From: a virus
Reading direction: 5' to 3' (one strand)
DNA: 64,000 nt
Virus record (IMG/VR): IMGVR_UViG_3300041411_000074
Location: 1 to 64,000 of that record
The first letter of the stretch is position 1; every line of letters begins with the position of its first letter. A program made the position numbers and the translations under genes. The notes under the pieces are model-generated. The model was given only the letters and a program-made list of their open reading frames with translations, did no database searches and was not told where the DNA came from. Shown piece by piece: positions 1 to 9,479 of the stretch.

Positions 1-1315
1 ACTTAGAAGCTTTAGCTTCAGGAACTACTTCTGTACCTTGGTCGCCAAGTTCTGTAAACATATCGGATGCTTCAAGAGCTTGTTTCTGTGCAGCAAAACC
101 ACTCAGAACAGTTTCAAATGCCGAGTCGTCTAGGCTGGACAGGGAGGTCGAAACAGCTTCAACTTTGTCGGCGGACATAACAGCGGCGAGTTTGGACTTA
201 CGAGCGTCCAGTTTAACGGTGACAGCGGCAGCTTCAGCAGAGGCTACAGCTTCTTTCATCTGGGCAACTTCTTGGAGAGCGGTAGCCAGAAGGGTTTCTT
301 TTTCAGCAAGCAGCAAAGAAGCAGCTTCGAATTTAGAAGTAAGATCAGAAACACTCAATTGAGCGCCCTGAAGTTGTTCTTGCAGTTCGGCAAGTTGAGT
401 CATTTCTAGAGTTTCCTCAGTTTTATTGAATTGGGCAAACAGTTTGGTTTTTAACATACCACCTTCTTGTTTTTGAGCTGTATCAGCCAAATGTGTGTAA
501 AACTCTTCAAGAGTCATAACACGGTCAGCTAGTCCAAGCTCAATAGCTTCTTTTGGCAAGAAGGTACGCGCCTGTGTGGACTTCACTGCTTCTACTGACA
601 AGTTGCGATGTTCTGCAACGAACCCAGTAAACTCTTCGTAAAGTGTGTCAACTTTACCTTGAATATCTTCCAAGAACTCTTTACGGAAACTACCATCAGC
701 GTCAAATGGAATCTTGTCATCACCAGCAGAGATAAAGGTACGTTCATAACCCTCTTTCTCAAGTGCTTTGGAGTCATTCATCAAACGAACCAGAACACCA
801 ACACTGCCAACTTCTGAGCTTGGAGCCATGATCAGTTCATCAGCAATTACAGACAAACCATAGGCTGCTGAAGCGGACAGACCATCTACATAGGTGATGA
901 TACGAACGTCGTTTTCAGTAGCCAATTTGCGCATGTAACTGGCAGTTGGCATCATCTGGAAAGCTTCACCACCACCACTAGAAACACTGAATGCAATTGT
1001 CTTTGCACCACTGTCTACAAGATAAGTGAAGTCTTCTTTAATCTGCTGGTAAGATGCACCACCACAATCAAAGCCCATCATAGTGACTGGCTTGTAACTA
1101 AGTGGACCATCAATGTTCAGAACAGCAACCCCGATATCTTTGTTAAAAGAATATCGGGAATTGCTTTCACGGTTATCTTCAACTGCTGTATCTAGTTTGA
1201 AGTCTTCATTGTTTCGTTCGTTAAGATATTGAATAACAATTTCAAACGATGCTGGGTGCATCAAGTGAGGAGTATTGCAAATCTTTTCTTTCAGTCTGAG
1301 AAGACTGTGGGCCAT
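1..1315 (-). CDS. Prohead protease (S49/ClpP-fold) fused to C-terminal scaffold-like coiled coil; runs off the window start
   Basis: Absent from the ORF track. Translated by hand from ATG 1315 (SD AGGAG at 1321-1325): MAHSLLRLKEKICNTPHLM...SSGGGEAF...DGLSASAAYGLS...EVGSVGV...LGLADRV, then an Ala/Glu/Gln/Leu-rich tail. Directly follows the portal gene. Confidence 0.88.
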   Translation of the reverse strand, partial: MAHSLLRLKEKICNTPHLMHPASFEIVIQYLNERNNEDFKLDTAVEDNRESNSRYSFNKDIGVAVLNIDGPLSYKPVTMMGFDCGGASYQQIKEDFTYLVDSGAKTIAFSVSSGGGEAFQMMPTASYMRKLATENDVRIITYVDGLSASAAYGLSVIADELIMAPSSEVGSVGVLVRLMNDSKALEKEGYERTFISAGDDKIPFDADGSFRKEFLEDIQGKVDTLYEEFTGFVAEHRNLSVEAVKSTQARTFLPKEAIELGLADRVMTLEEFYTHLADTAQKQEGGMLKTKLFAQFNKTEETLEMTQLAELQEQLQGAQLSVSDLTSKFEAASLLLAEKETLLATALQEVAQMKEAVASAEAAAVTVKLDARKSKLAAVMSADKVEAVSTSLSSLDDSAFETVLSGFAAQKQALEASDMFTELGDQGTEVVPEAKASK

Positions 1316-1323
1316 ACAGCCTC

Positions 1324-2850
1324 CTAAACGTTTTCGTTATTTGATGTGGAAGAGTCGCCTGAGCTACCAGAGTTGTTACCTGTACCAGATGGAAGACCTT
1401 CTGTCATTCCTTGACCGGAACCAGTTTCCATTGGACTAAGCATCTTAGATAGCTCTTCTACGGAAAGGCTTTCATCAACATGGAATGGGATATCAGCTTG
1501 CTTCATAACCCAGTTAACTACAGCAGGGGTTTTAGGCATCATGCCAACAGCAGTTACACGCTGCAAGAACTTACCGATTTCATCCAAAGACTCTTTAGAG
1601 ATATTCCCGTAATCAAAGTACGGCATTACATCAGTATCCCACGCATTTAATTCCCACAACTGGCGAACCAAATCGTTGTTCAACTGATCTTTAATCTCAT
1701 TAAGCTTAGACTCAAGAGTCATCTCAATGATGCTTACTTTAGTTTCAGCAAGACTAAACGAACCAGAACCACTTGAACCAAGTGCAAGGAAGTCAGCAAA
1801 CAGTGCAGTTAGAATCTCAGAAGTGTAACGACCAATGATTGCATTAGTGTCATAAGACTTTTGACCTGTGACACTTTTGATGTCAAATTCAAACATCTTA
1901 TTCCCGTTTTCGTCGAGAATAAGAGGGAGGATCATACCTGACTGCTTGGCTTGGTGCATGTTAGCTAGAATCTTTTTGTACTCTTCAAATACTGCCTTGT
2001 TCTCTTCAGAGGCATCAGTTGCCATATACTGAGGAGGAAGGTACAGCACTTTAAATCCATTACTGTCTTGAGCTACAGCGATTGCTTCAGACTCTTGGTA
2101 GGCTTGCTTATATTTCCAAGCTTGCCAAGCACCATTAAGCGGGCTAGTGCCCTCGGGATTGTCCTTCAGAGGCGCATTGCGAAAATGGAGGAACTTAGCA
2201 CGTTTAATAAACTTAGTTACAGGCTTTAGACTGGAATCAATTGCTGAACTAGGATTGTTTACAAAGTCACTACCCATTAGAGGGGAGTTAGTTGGAAGAA
2301 TCACATACTGATAAAAACCAGCAAGGTCACGACCATTATTCTTAGTCTTCCAGCTTTCGATAGTGTCTTGAGGGCGTAGGGCAAGTTTCTTAATTCGCAC
2401 TAAACCATCGTTGTATTTACTACCTTTGGCTTTCTCGCGATGACCATAAACCTTTTCTACACAGGCAAAACCGTATCGATTAAAGCTCACAATCTGCTTA
2501 ATTGCAGCATCCCAAGAATGGTCCATGTCATCTTTAACTTGACGTAGGTAGTTAGCTTGAAACTTAAGCTTTTCTTCATAACCTTCGGGGACCTTAACAG
2601 TCCAAGGCACTCGTGCAATCATCATCTCTACAAGTTCAAGGGCTGGAGCAATGGCTCCATCTTTTGCCATACGCTTATAGGTATCAATGCACTGAGGCCA
2701 ACGTAGTTCGTGCGAACATTCTTCTAATACACGACCACCTAAAATTGTGAGGCCAGAAAAACCTTGTTCGCCATAAGTTAGGGAAGGAATATCGTTAGTG
2801 CCAGTTTGCAAGTTCCCCACATCTAAGGAGACATCTTCTTCGTCAGCCAT
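1324..2850 (-). CDS. Portal protein
   Basis: 508 aa between terL and prohead protease; portal-like motifs (NPEGTSPL, LALGSSGSGSFSLAETK, NNDLVRQLWELN). Confidence 0.88.
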   Translation of the reverse strand: MADEEDVSLDVGNLQTGTNDIPSLTYGEQGFSGLTILGGRVLEECSHELRWPQCIDTYKRMAKDGAIAPALELVEMMIARVPWTVKVPEGYEEKLKFQANYLRQVKDDMDHSWDAAIKQIVSFNRYGFACVEKVYGHREKAKGSKYNDGLVRIKKLALRPQDTIESWKTKNNGRDLAGFYQYVILPTNSPLMGSDFVNNPSSAIDSSLKPVTKFIKRAKFLHFRNAPLKDNPEGTSPLNGAWQAWKYKQAYQESEAIAVAQDSNGFKVLYLPPQYMATDASEENKAVFEEYKKILANMHQAKQSGMILPLILDENGNKMFEFDIKSVTGQKSYDTNAIIGRYTSEILTALFADFLALGSSGSGSFSLAETKVSIIEMTLESKLNEIKDQLNNDLVRQLWELNAWDTDVMPYFDYGNISKESLDEIGKFLQRVTAVGMMPKTPAVVNWVMKQADIPFHVDESLSVEELSKMLSPMETGSGQGMTEGLPSGTGNNSGSSGDSSTSNNENV

Positions 2851-2858
2851 TTTATCTC

Positions 2859-4433
2859 CTATTGATGGAAAGGATTAACGTGTGTTAAGTTTGCTGATTG
2901 GAGCCCAGAGAGGAAGTTTGGGATAATCTTACGAGATGCTACAGCTTCAAATGCATCAGAGCACGCATCACAAAGATCATCGTGGCCCGATTCGCCAGAA
3001 CGGCGGGCCCCATCAAAGACCTCCAACTGATTGTAAAAGAACGATAAGTCATTAACTACACCATTCTCATAGTCTGTTGCACAGTTCTTTAGTATCTTCA
3101 TTCCACCATTCATTACGATGGAAGCGAAGGGTTTAAATCTATCTGCTTTCCGACCTTGAGCTCTCATTTGCTTTACAAAGAACCCAGAAGAGGAAATTTC
3201 CTTAGTCAAGAAACTGTTAGTAAACTTAGCTCCTGGGCCAGGGTCCAGAGGAATTATGATGTTTACTTTAGGCCCATCCTGATGTGCAGCCTCCATAATA
3301 AAGTCTAACCATTCACCGGGAAGTACGCGAGTTTGTCTAATGTCATGAATAAAGTAACTACCATCTTTTAACCGGCTCATCTTCACCGAAACGGTGTAGT
3401 CCGGCGATGGGTTCTTGTCACTCTTCTTGGAAAATGCAAAATCATAAGCCCTTACAGTAGATTCAATCTCTGTCCAAGCTGGTTCTTTATCTTCTTCGAC
3501 AAACCACTCGCGTCTGACCATGCCCGACCCTTCGGCGCGAGCCTCCCAACTCCCCCACAGCAAAATTTCTTTCTCAATGCGTGGCAAACCTTCGAGGAAT
3601 GCGATATAGTTATCTTCAATGTACGGGTTGTCGTAGACAGACGCCGAAATCCATGCAAAAGAAAGAGGCTTAATTTGCTTCTTATCAGTCTCTGGAAGAA
3701 GATCACCAAAGGAGTCTCTACGCCCATGATTCTCAAACATCTCTTCACGAGACATTGCCCAAATCATGTCGTTACCGTCACGGATAAACCAACGAACAAT
3801 ACCCTGTTTTGCAGGGTCTGGACGACCATAGAATTCATGCCCAACTGGGTGCAAGTACCAGCCGACCCACTTTTTAACCCACGAATCAGGATTTGGGTTC
3901 ATGGTGGCGCGCATCACAGGCTTCATGTCTGCTTTAGTACGAAGTCGTGAGAGGATGTACAAGAACTGACTTTCTTCGAATTGACAAAGTTCATCTAGGA
4001 CCGCAGAACTAATTTGTGACCCTTGAAAATTGTCCGTATCATCTACACGTTCGAAGTGAGTAAAAGATACTTCAGCTTTTTTCTCCAGTCCATCTACAGG
4101 ACCAAAGTTAATCTTCATATCCTTGTTTCGGATACGAGCTTTATCATCAAAATCTTTAAAGAGAGATTTAGCTTCATCCCATATCGCCCCCGGCTTAGTT
4201 AGCATCGGGGTGGTACGTCTGATTACAATTCCTTTATAATATGGAATATGGATATACTTCATATGGTGCATTAAAGCTGCAAAGGTCTTCCCACCGCCAG
4301 CTTGGCCCCCGTAGAAAATAATATCTACTTCTTCGCCTTCTTCTGTAGCATATTTACTTCTTTTACCAGTGCCGTCTCTCAGTGTTAGAAACAACGACTG
4401 AGGACGACTGGCAGGAGCAATTACTAATGTCAT
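2859..4433 (-). CDS. terL: Terminase large subunit
   Basis: Walker A GGQAGGGKT, Walker B AVLDE, ATMNP coupling motif, nuclease motifs YDFA and HDDLCDA. Confidence 0.95.
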   Translation of the reverse strand: MTLVIAPASRPQSLFLTLRDGTGKRSKYATEEGEEVDIIFYGGQAGGGKTFAALMHHMKYIHIPYYKGIVIRRTTPMLTKPGAIWDEAKSLFKDFDDKARIRNKDMKINFGPVDGLEKKAEVSFTHFERVDDTDNFQGSQISSAVLDELCQFEESQFLYILSRLRTKADMKPVMRATMNPNPDSWVKKWVGWYLHPVGHEFYGRPDPAKQGIVRWFIRDGNDMIWAMSREEMFENHGRRDSFGDLLPETDKKQIKPLSFAWISASVYDNPYIEDNYIAFLEGLPRIEKEILLWGSWEARAEGSGMVRREWFVEEDKEPAWTEIESTVRAYDFAFSKKSDKNPSPDYTVSVKMSRLKDGSYFIHDIRQTRVLPGEWLDFIMEAAHQDGPKVNIIIPLDPGPGAKFTNSFLTKEISSSGFFVKQMRAQGRKADRFKPFASIVMNGGMKILKNCATDYENGVVNDLSFFYNQLEVFDGARRSGESGHDDLCDACSDAFEAVASRKIIPNFLSGLQSANLTHVNPFHQ

Positions 4434-5398
4434 TGATATTCCTTAGAAAATTTAATCCACCTCTCATCTTCTAAAGGAATCCAACCTTTAACAAATTCTC
4501 TGTGCATTGCGGTGAAAGCTCTTGCTGGCAAGTTATCGTTATGTAACCGATTATACAGAGTGGTGAACTTTGCAGAAGTTAGTGTGGTATTAGTAAGATA
4601 TAATTCGTAGTAATAGTCAGCCATCAACCACTTAGTTAATTGTTCGTCTTTTGTAAGAACTGTGCCAGCCTCCCATGCTGGGCGGTTTCTAGCCTTAAGA
4701 CCTTCAGACACTTTTCTTTTTGTCTCTTCTGATCTTACTAGTCCTGTATTCCACGTAACTTTACCCAGCTTCTTTTCTCGCATGATTGCTTTTGTTTCAT
4801 CAGAGTGGGTTTTACCAAAGAAGTGGTTCCCTTCTCCAACAAACTCTTTCATCTTTTCAGTGCGATCACAACCACAAGATCTTGTTCCGCTATTCTTGGT
4901 CAGATTACCTGCACGCACAGTTGAATAGTTACCACAAGTACAAAGACATGTCCAAGTTGAAGTTCTTTGTCCGTTAGATTGAACTACCCAGTCATCAAAA
5001 GAAACTACAGTGAGTCTACCACGGACTTCGCCAGTTAAATCTTTAAACACAGGACTATTAAATCCTGAATTCTTAGAGTTGAATTCGGCTAGTTGTTTGG
5101 CTTGTTCTATTTTCAAAACTTCATAAAGTTTTGAGCTAAACTTAAATAGTCTCTTTTTACTCATAAAGAAAGCAGCGGTGAACAAACCAACATGTCCGGG
5201 GTTCATTTTCCACAGGAGTAAATGAGCAACATAATGTTCTCTTGCAGTAAACATTACCAAATTACTCTTATCATCGCCCCCTCCCAAACACCTAGGGAGA
5301 ATATGGTGAATTTCGAAGTATCCTTCTTGCTGTTTCTTATCAAGACCACGAACTTTAGCCTTTTCTACAAGCGCATTATAAATCTTTTCGTAATTCAA
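4430..5398 (-). CDS. HNH homing endonuclease with NUMOD3-like DNA-binding segment
   Basis: EIHHILPRCLGG.D..SNLV.FTAREH..AH HNH motif, CxCG...SCGC, and HFFGKTHSDETK; overlaps the terL start by 4 nt. Confidence 0.85.
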   Translation of the reverse strand: MNYEKIYNALVEKAKVRGLDKKQQEGYFEIHHILPRCLGGGDDKSNLVMFTAREHYVAHLLLWKMNPGHVGLFTAAFFMSKKRLFKFSSKLYEVLKIEQAKQLAEFNSKNSGFNSPVFKDLTGEVRGRLTVVSFDDWVVQSNGQRTSTWTCLCTCGNYSTVRAGNLTKNSGTRSCGCDRTEKMKEFVGEGNHFFGKTHSDETKAIMREKKLGKVTWNTGLVRSEETKRKVSEGLKARNRPAWEAGTVLTKDEQLTKWLMADYYYELYLTNTTLTSAKFTTLYNRLHNDNLPARAFTAMHREFVKGWIPLEDERWIKFSKEYQ

Positions 5399-5401
5399 AA
5401 C

Positions 5402-5692
5402 TTAACCCTCTTTTACTACACTATGGTAGCGAGGGTTTGCAACTTGTACCCAAATAAGCTCATCAGAATCATAGTCATGACTGAACAACTTATAAAAAAT
5501 TTCAAGTTGTGTGTTTTCAGGTCCACCAACATAATTGTGTGCAAGAGCATCACATGCTTGGTTAGCCAACTGTACGTTCTGAAACTCACCACAAACTTGA
5601 GAAGATCCGTATTTAGGATCATCAGAGTAGCTATGGTATTCACTAACAATATATCGAGTTACAGGACGGACTTTAAATTCTACTTTATGCAT
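5402..5692 (-). CDS. Hypothetical protein
   Basis: ORF track; start moved to MHKVEF behind a GGAG SD. Confidence 0.55.
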   Translation of the reverse strand: MHKVEFKVRPVTRYIVSEYHSYSDDPKYGSSQVCGEFQNVQLANQACDALAHNYVGGPENTQLEIFYKLFSHDYDSDELIWVQVANPRYHSVVKEG

Positions 5693-5754
5693 TTTATATT
5701 CTCCGGTTCTCATGAACCTTCAGTTAAGGAGTAGCCCGCAGGCTACGTTTTGTT

Positions 5755-6117
5755 TTACTCAGCTTCTTCCGAAGCCTTTTCACTACCATCACATGTGGCA
5801 AGATATTGCTTGATCATCTTCGATTTATCGCGACCCTTAATTCCCCTGCGGGCAAGGATTGGTCGGATTTCCTCAATAGGCATATCTTCAAGTTGTTCTT
5901 TCGTATAATTCTCTTGAATTACTTGATAACGAAATCCGGGACTGTCTTCCAACATATCTTTGCTTTCAACATACATCCAGCAACTATGTGGATAACTCAG
6001 TCGTGGTACTTTGTCTTCTTGAAGGATAGCGCCTTTATTAGAGGCTTCCACCACGTTCTTCATGAAGTTGTAGCCAAGGCTATCATTACCTGTAATATAC
6101 AGCATATATCTATTCAT
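5755..6117 (-). CDS. Hypothetical protein with C-terminal SAP/HeH-like helices
   Basis: SD AGGAG; YTKEQLEDMPIEEIRPILARRGIKGRDK resembles Rho_N/HeH-type helices. Confidence 0.65.
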   Translation of the reverse strand: MNRYMLYITGNDSLGYNFMKNVVEASNKGAILQEDKVPRLSYPHSCWMYVESKDMLEDSPGFRYQVIQENYTKEQLEDMPIEEIRPILARRGIKGRDKSKMIKQYLATCDGSEKASEEAE

Positions 6118-6154
6118 TTAAATTCTCTCCTGTTGTGTTCAATTCATAAAAGAG

Positions 6155-6184
6155 AGTATGAACTATGGGAGGTCTGTTTGTCAA
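6155..6184 (-). promoter_or_regulatory. Sigma70-like promoter
   Basis: TTGACA-18-CATACT upstream of ORF 6117. Confidence 0.55.
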
Positions 6185-6252
6185 GCTTATTACAAATATA
6201 TTTAAACTATTTTCAAATAGCTCTATATTTCAATAGTTACCTATAAAACAAC

Positions 6253-7095
6253 TTAAGGCCGTTCTTCCCAAAAACTTGAGAACACACCTGTAGCTGTACC
6301 ACTGCCAAAGTTATTGAAAATCCAATAGTAAGTTCCCGGACCTACCCCACGAGAATCATCCACAGAAGCACCGACAGACTGTGCTTGACCACTTGCGTTA
6401 GCCACAACAATACGAATGACATCAATGTCAACGCCACCTGTTAGGGCTGTTGCGCCCGACCCGACAGTATTCTGAGCTGTATACAAGGGTAGTGGAGGGG
6501 CTGGAAATGCACTGCCAGTCATAGTGTTCTTGGGGATGATTGGGAGAGCTTCTGAGAATGTACCGGTAGGTGTACCACCAACTACAGTACGTAGTTTGAC
6601 AGACCCTGCGTCTAGGGAGAGCCTAACGTTCTGAAGTATTGTATTCACAGGAACTATAATTCTCATTACCAATGTAGCGCTAGAAGCAATACTAAGCTCC
6701 TTGAATGTACGAAACTCCCTACCTTCGAAGAAACCTGTCTGCCCAACATCCACTCTTAGGCGCCTATATCCCTCTGTCTTTGTGGTCCATACATCAGAAG
6801 GAAGGTCTACAGAAGTGAACGGCTCAATAGAACTAGCTAGAAGTAGGTCAGCATCAATCACACCAAGGAAGGGTGCCCTAATCCAAGTCTGCAAAGAATT
6901 CTTTGTGAAGGAGTAGGTTTCTTTTGGGAAGATTTCAGCCCCTGTAAAGGAGTCTGCTGGGATAGTGGCTGAACGTGTGACGTATAATGCACCGTTACTT
7001 AGGTTTGTAAGCTTGATGCTATTGAGTGTAAAGTCTAGAGATGTTAGGGTGGATAAGTTAATCCAACCAGTTGTTTGTAGCCTATGTACACTCAT
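6253..7095 (-). CDS. Putative virion-associated beta-rich protein
   Basis: 280 aa, Thr/Ser/Gly/Val-rich; SD AAGGA; lies next to the SGNH gene. Confidence 0.6.
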   Translation of the reverse strand: MSVHRLQTTGWINLSTLTSLDFTLNSIKLTNLSNGALYVTRSATIPADSFTGAEIFPKETYSFTKNSLQTWIRAPFLGVIDADLLLASSIEPFTSVDLPSDVWTTKTEGYRRLRVDVGQTGFFEGREFRTFKELSIASSATLVMRIIVPVNTILQNVRLSLDAGSVKLRTVVGGTPTGTFSEALPIIPKNTMTGSAFPAPPLPLYTAQNTVGSGATALTGGVDIDVIRIVVANASGQAQSVGASVDDSRGVGPGTYYWIFNNFGSGTATGVFSSFWEERP

Positions 7096-7158
7096 AGCAT
7101 TCCTTTTATTATTTTGATTTGGAATGAATATTTATAAACTTGTTTATTAGAAGTTACT

Positions 7159-8547
7159 CTACAACCCTAAAGCAGCCGTATAAGCTGGGATAGCGTATCC
7201 AGCCAATGTCAGATAGCCATTAGCCGTAGGATGCGTATTATCCAATGTCTCAAACCCTGTCCATGTAATTGTATCAATCCAAATAAGCTTAGGATTAGCT
7301 TTAGCATCCATGACAGCTTTCAATGTGACGTTTGCAGCATTAACCAACTCTGGAGCACCAATGTTAGGCAGAATCCCCCGACACAATACTTTGCCATATC
7401 CTTTAGCCAGCAGCTTATCGATACACAATCCATAATCAGCTTGTTCTGTGCTATCAATGCCACCAGAGCCGCTGTTACCACCTAATGCTAGGATTGCTAC
7501 ATCATTAGCTGTAACAGTTTTCATAGCTAAGGCGGCGTCAATCATTGCCCTACCACCACCTACTGTTTGACCACTAACACCATTCGTGCTACCAACAAAC
7601 CCAAGTGCTGCTGCTACGTGCATTGTTTCAGTGTTTACTGAAGTGGCTCCCGGACCGGAGCCGTAAGTGATGCTGTCACCAAACTGATCTAGCTTTCTTC
7701 GCACACCAATATCAAGCAGTGTGCTATTGCCGCTTACAGCAAAATGTCCACCAAGCTCTCTGAATGCACCCCCATCCCACACATTGTATGTGGCTACAGA
7801 ACCATCACAAGGAATAACAATAGCACGAGGAACACCATCAGCTTCAGGAGGGGCTGTGTAATAAGTGGGAACCCCACCATTCTTACTCACACCAACTCTA
7901 GAGGATGTAGCTACAATCTTAGTGAATGTGCCGCGTATCTTGACAGAGCCTACGTTAGAACCACTGGTTACATTACTTGGTGCTTGGAGAGGCGGGGAGT
8001 ATCCTGATACGTTTGGTGTGATCCCAGCAGAGTACAAGCCTGTGGCTGAATCACTGCCTGCCTGAATCCAATTAGATGCTGCAACAAGTGCCGGAGGTTG
8101 GCCTGTAACACTCAAGACATTCCCAGAGGATGCTACATAAGGAGCATCACCCATCTGCACAACCCACCTTACTTGTACAAAGTAGGTAGCATGAGGAAGA
8201 CCAGTGAAGAGTGTGTATACAGATACAGAGTTGGGAGCACTGATGAAATCACCACCATCTACACTCACTTGCATAGACCCAGCGTTATCACCATAATCTG
8301 AAGGAGATGTAAGCTTGGCTTCAGTACCTGTAATCCATCCACACCACAATGTCAAAGCACCATAGGCATACACTCTTGCGGCGTTCTTAGTTGTATTAAG
8401 AGAGCCTGCAAAGCCCGGAACGAACTGAGAGGATGTGAATGGTGTAGTTGTGGGATCAGGAATTACAACGGAATGCTTTGGTTTAAAACTATGAAGGGGT
8501 CTTGAAATAGAACTGACAACTGAAGATGTAATATCATGAGTCATCAT
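7159..8547 (-). CDS. SGNH/GDSL esterase-domain protein
   Basis: Blocks FGDSIT, NGVSG, LGGN and DNTHPT in the C-terminal third; beta-rich N-terminus. Confidence 0.85.
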   Translation of the reverse strand: MMTHDITSSVVSSISRPLHSFKPKHSVVIPDPTTTPFTSSQFVPGFAGSLNTTKNAARVYAYGALTLWCGWITGTEAKLTSPSDYGDNAGSMQVSVDGGDFISAPNSVSVYTLFTGLPHATYFVQVRWVVQMGDAPYVASSGNVLSVTGQPPALVAASNWIQAGSDSATGLYSAGITPNVSGYSPPLQAPSNVTSGSNVGSVKIRGTFTKIVATSSRVGVSKNGGVPTYYTAPPEADGVPRAIVIPCDGSVATYNVWDGGAFRELGGHFAVSGNSTLLDIGVRRKLDQFGDSITYGSGPGATSVNTETMHVAAALGFVGSTNGVSGQTVGGGRAMIDAALAMKTVTANDVAILALGGNSGSGGIDSTEQADYGLCIDKLLAKGYGKVLCRGILPNIGAPELVNAANVTLKAVMDAKANPKLIWIDTITWTGFETLDNTHPTANGYLTLAGYAIPAYTAALGL

Positions 8548-8551
8548 AAAA

Positions 8552-8854
8552 TCAAGTCTCTAGAAATACACCAAAAGGTTTGCCAACATAAGCATAACGC
8601 TTTACACGATAAGTGCCGGGACCAGACAAGACAGTAGAAGGATTGCTATAGCTTAATGCGACAAATACAGCATTATCTGCACCGGGAGTATCTTGGAGGA
8701 TCTTGAACTTAGGTGCGTTTTGTTCTTGGTAGGATAGAGGCTTATCAGCATCCAGAAAGAACACACCAACCACCACTGAAGCACCTGCTGCAATAACGAT
8801 ATCTGTTGAAGTCGCTTCTGTAATACCAGCAGCTAAAATTGTACTTTGTGCCAT
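8552..8854 (-). CDS. Small beta-rich partner of the SGNH protein
   Basis: Start MAQSTILAAG behind SD AAGGA; GPGTYRVKR motif. Confidence 0.65.
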   Translation of the reverse strand: MAQSTILAAGITEATSTDIVIAAGASVVVGVFFLDADKPLSYQEQNAPKFKILQDTPGADNAVFVALSYSNPSTVLSGPGTYRVKRYAYVGKPFGVFLET

Positions 8855-8875
8855 TATGAATCCTTGATTAAAGTT

Positions 8876-9034
8876 AGCTGCTGATTGAATAATTATTGCT
8901 GATTCACCCACCTACCCGGTAATCAGACTCTTAGGTTCTAAAAGTAAACCTACCTTCTCCACTTGATAGCTTACCTATCAGCATTTACATCAGTGGAAGC
9001 GCCAGCAACCACGGGTTTCCGAACTAGGCAGCTC
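8876..9034 (-). ncRNA. Candidate structured RNA, possibly pseudoknotted
   Basis: Intergenic; stems TTCCACT/AGTGGAG, TGATAG/CTATCA, TAGGTT/AACCTA, CTGATT/AATCAG, GGTTGCTGG/TCAGCAGCT. Confidence 0.5.
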
Positions 9035-9044
9035 AGAAATTCTT

Positions 9045-9452
9045 TTAATCTTTCTTTTCTACAGGTTCATCAAAAGTCAATTTCAAACGAGGAACAAGCT
9101 TTACAATCTCTGCAACTTCTTGTTCATCTTCGTCATCAACCGAACGCTTACCTTCAAGACGAATCTTAGTAAGAGATGCTTCTTCTTGACTAGCGGCTCT
9201 ATCCAAACTGATCAGGGAGTTGATAACCCACTTAGAAGAGTCAAGCTGTTTAGGCTCTACTTCCTTACCTTCAACACTATTCTTAATGTTTTCTAGGCAC
9301 TTACTTTCCAACTCTCGGAGCTTGGCAGCAGTATCACGAAGCTTAGACTTCTGGATTCGAACTTTACTGTTTGATTTCGTATTTCTATTCGAACGAGGGC
9401 CATCAAACCTTGTATCAGGAGATGGGTTGGAGTTCTTTGGGGTTTTAGCCAT
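9045..9452 (-). CDS. Helical basic protein, possible terminase small subunit
   Basis: Basic N-terminus and helical core, upstream of and co-oriented with terL; function inferred from position only. Confidence 0.45.
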   Translation of the reverse strand: MAKTPKNSNPSPDTRFDGPRSNRNTKSNSKVRIQKSKLRDTAAKLRELESKCLENIKNSVEGKEVEPKQLDSSKWVINSLISLDRAASQEEASLTKIRLEGKRSVDDEDEQEVAEIVKLVPRLKLTFDEPVEKKD

Positions 9453-9479
9453 TATAAATACCTTTGAATTAATAAAATT

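Noticed and set aside
165-817. Short ORFs listed at 165, 592 and 608
   Set aside because: Alternative frames of the long minus-strand protease/scaffold gene that runs off the window.
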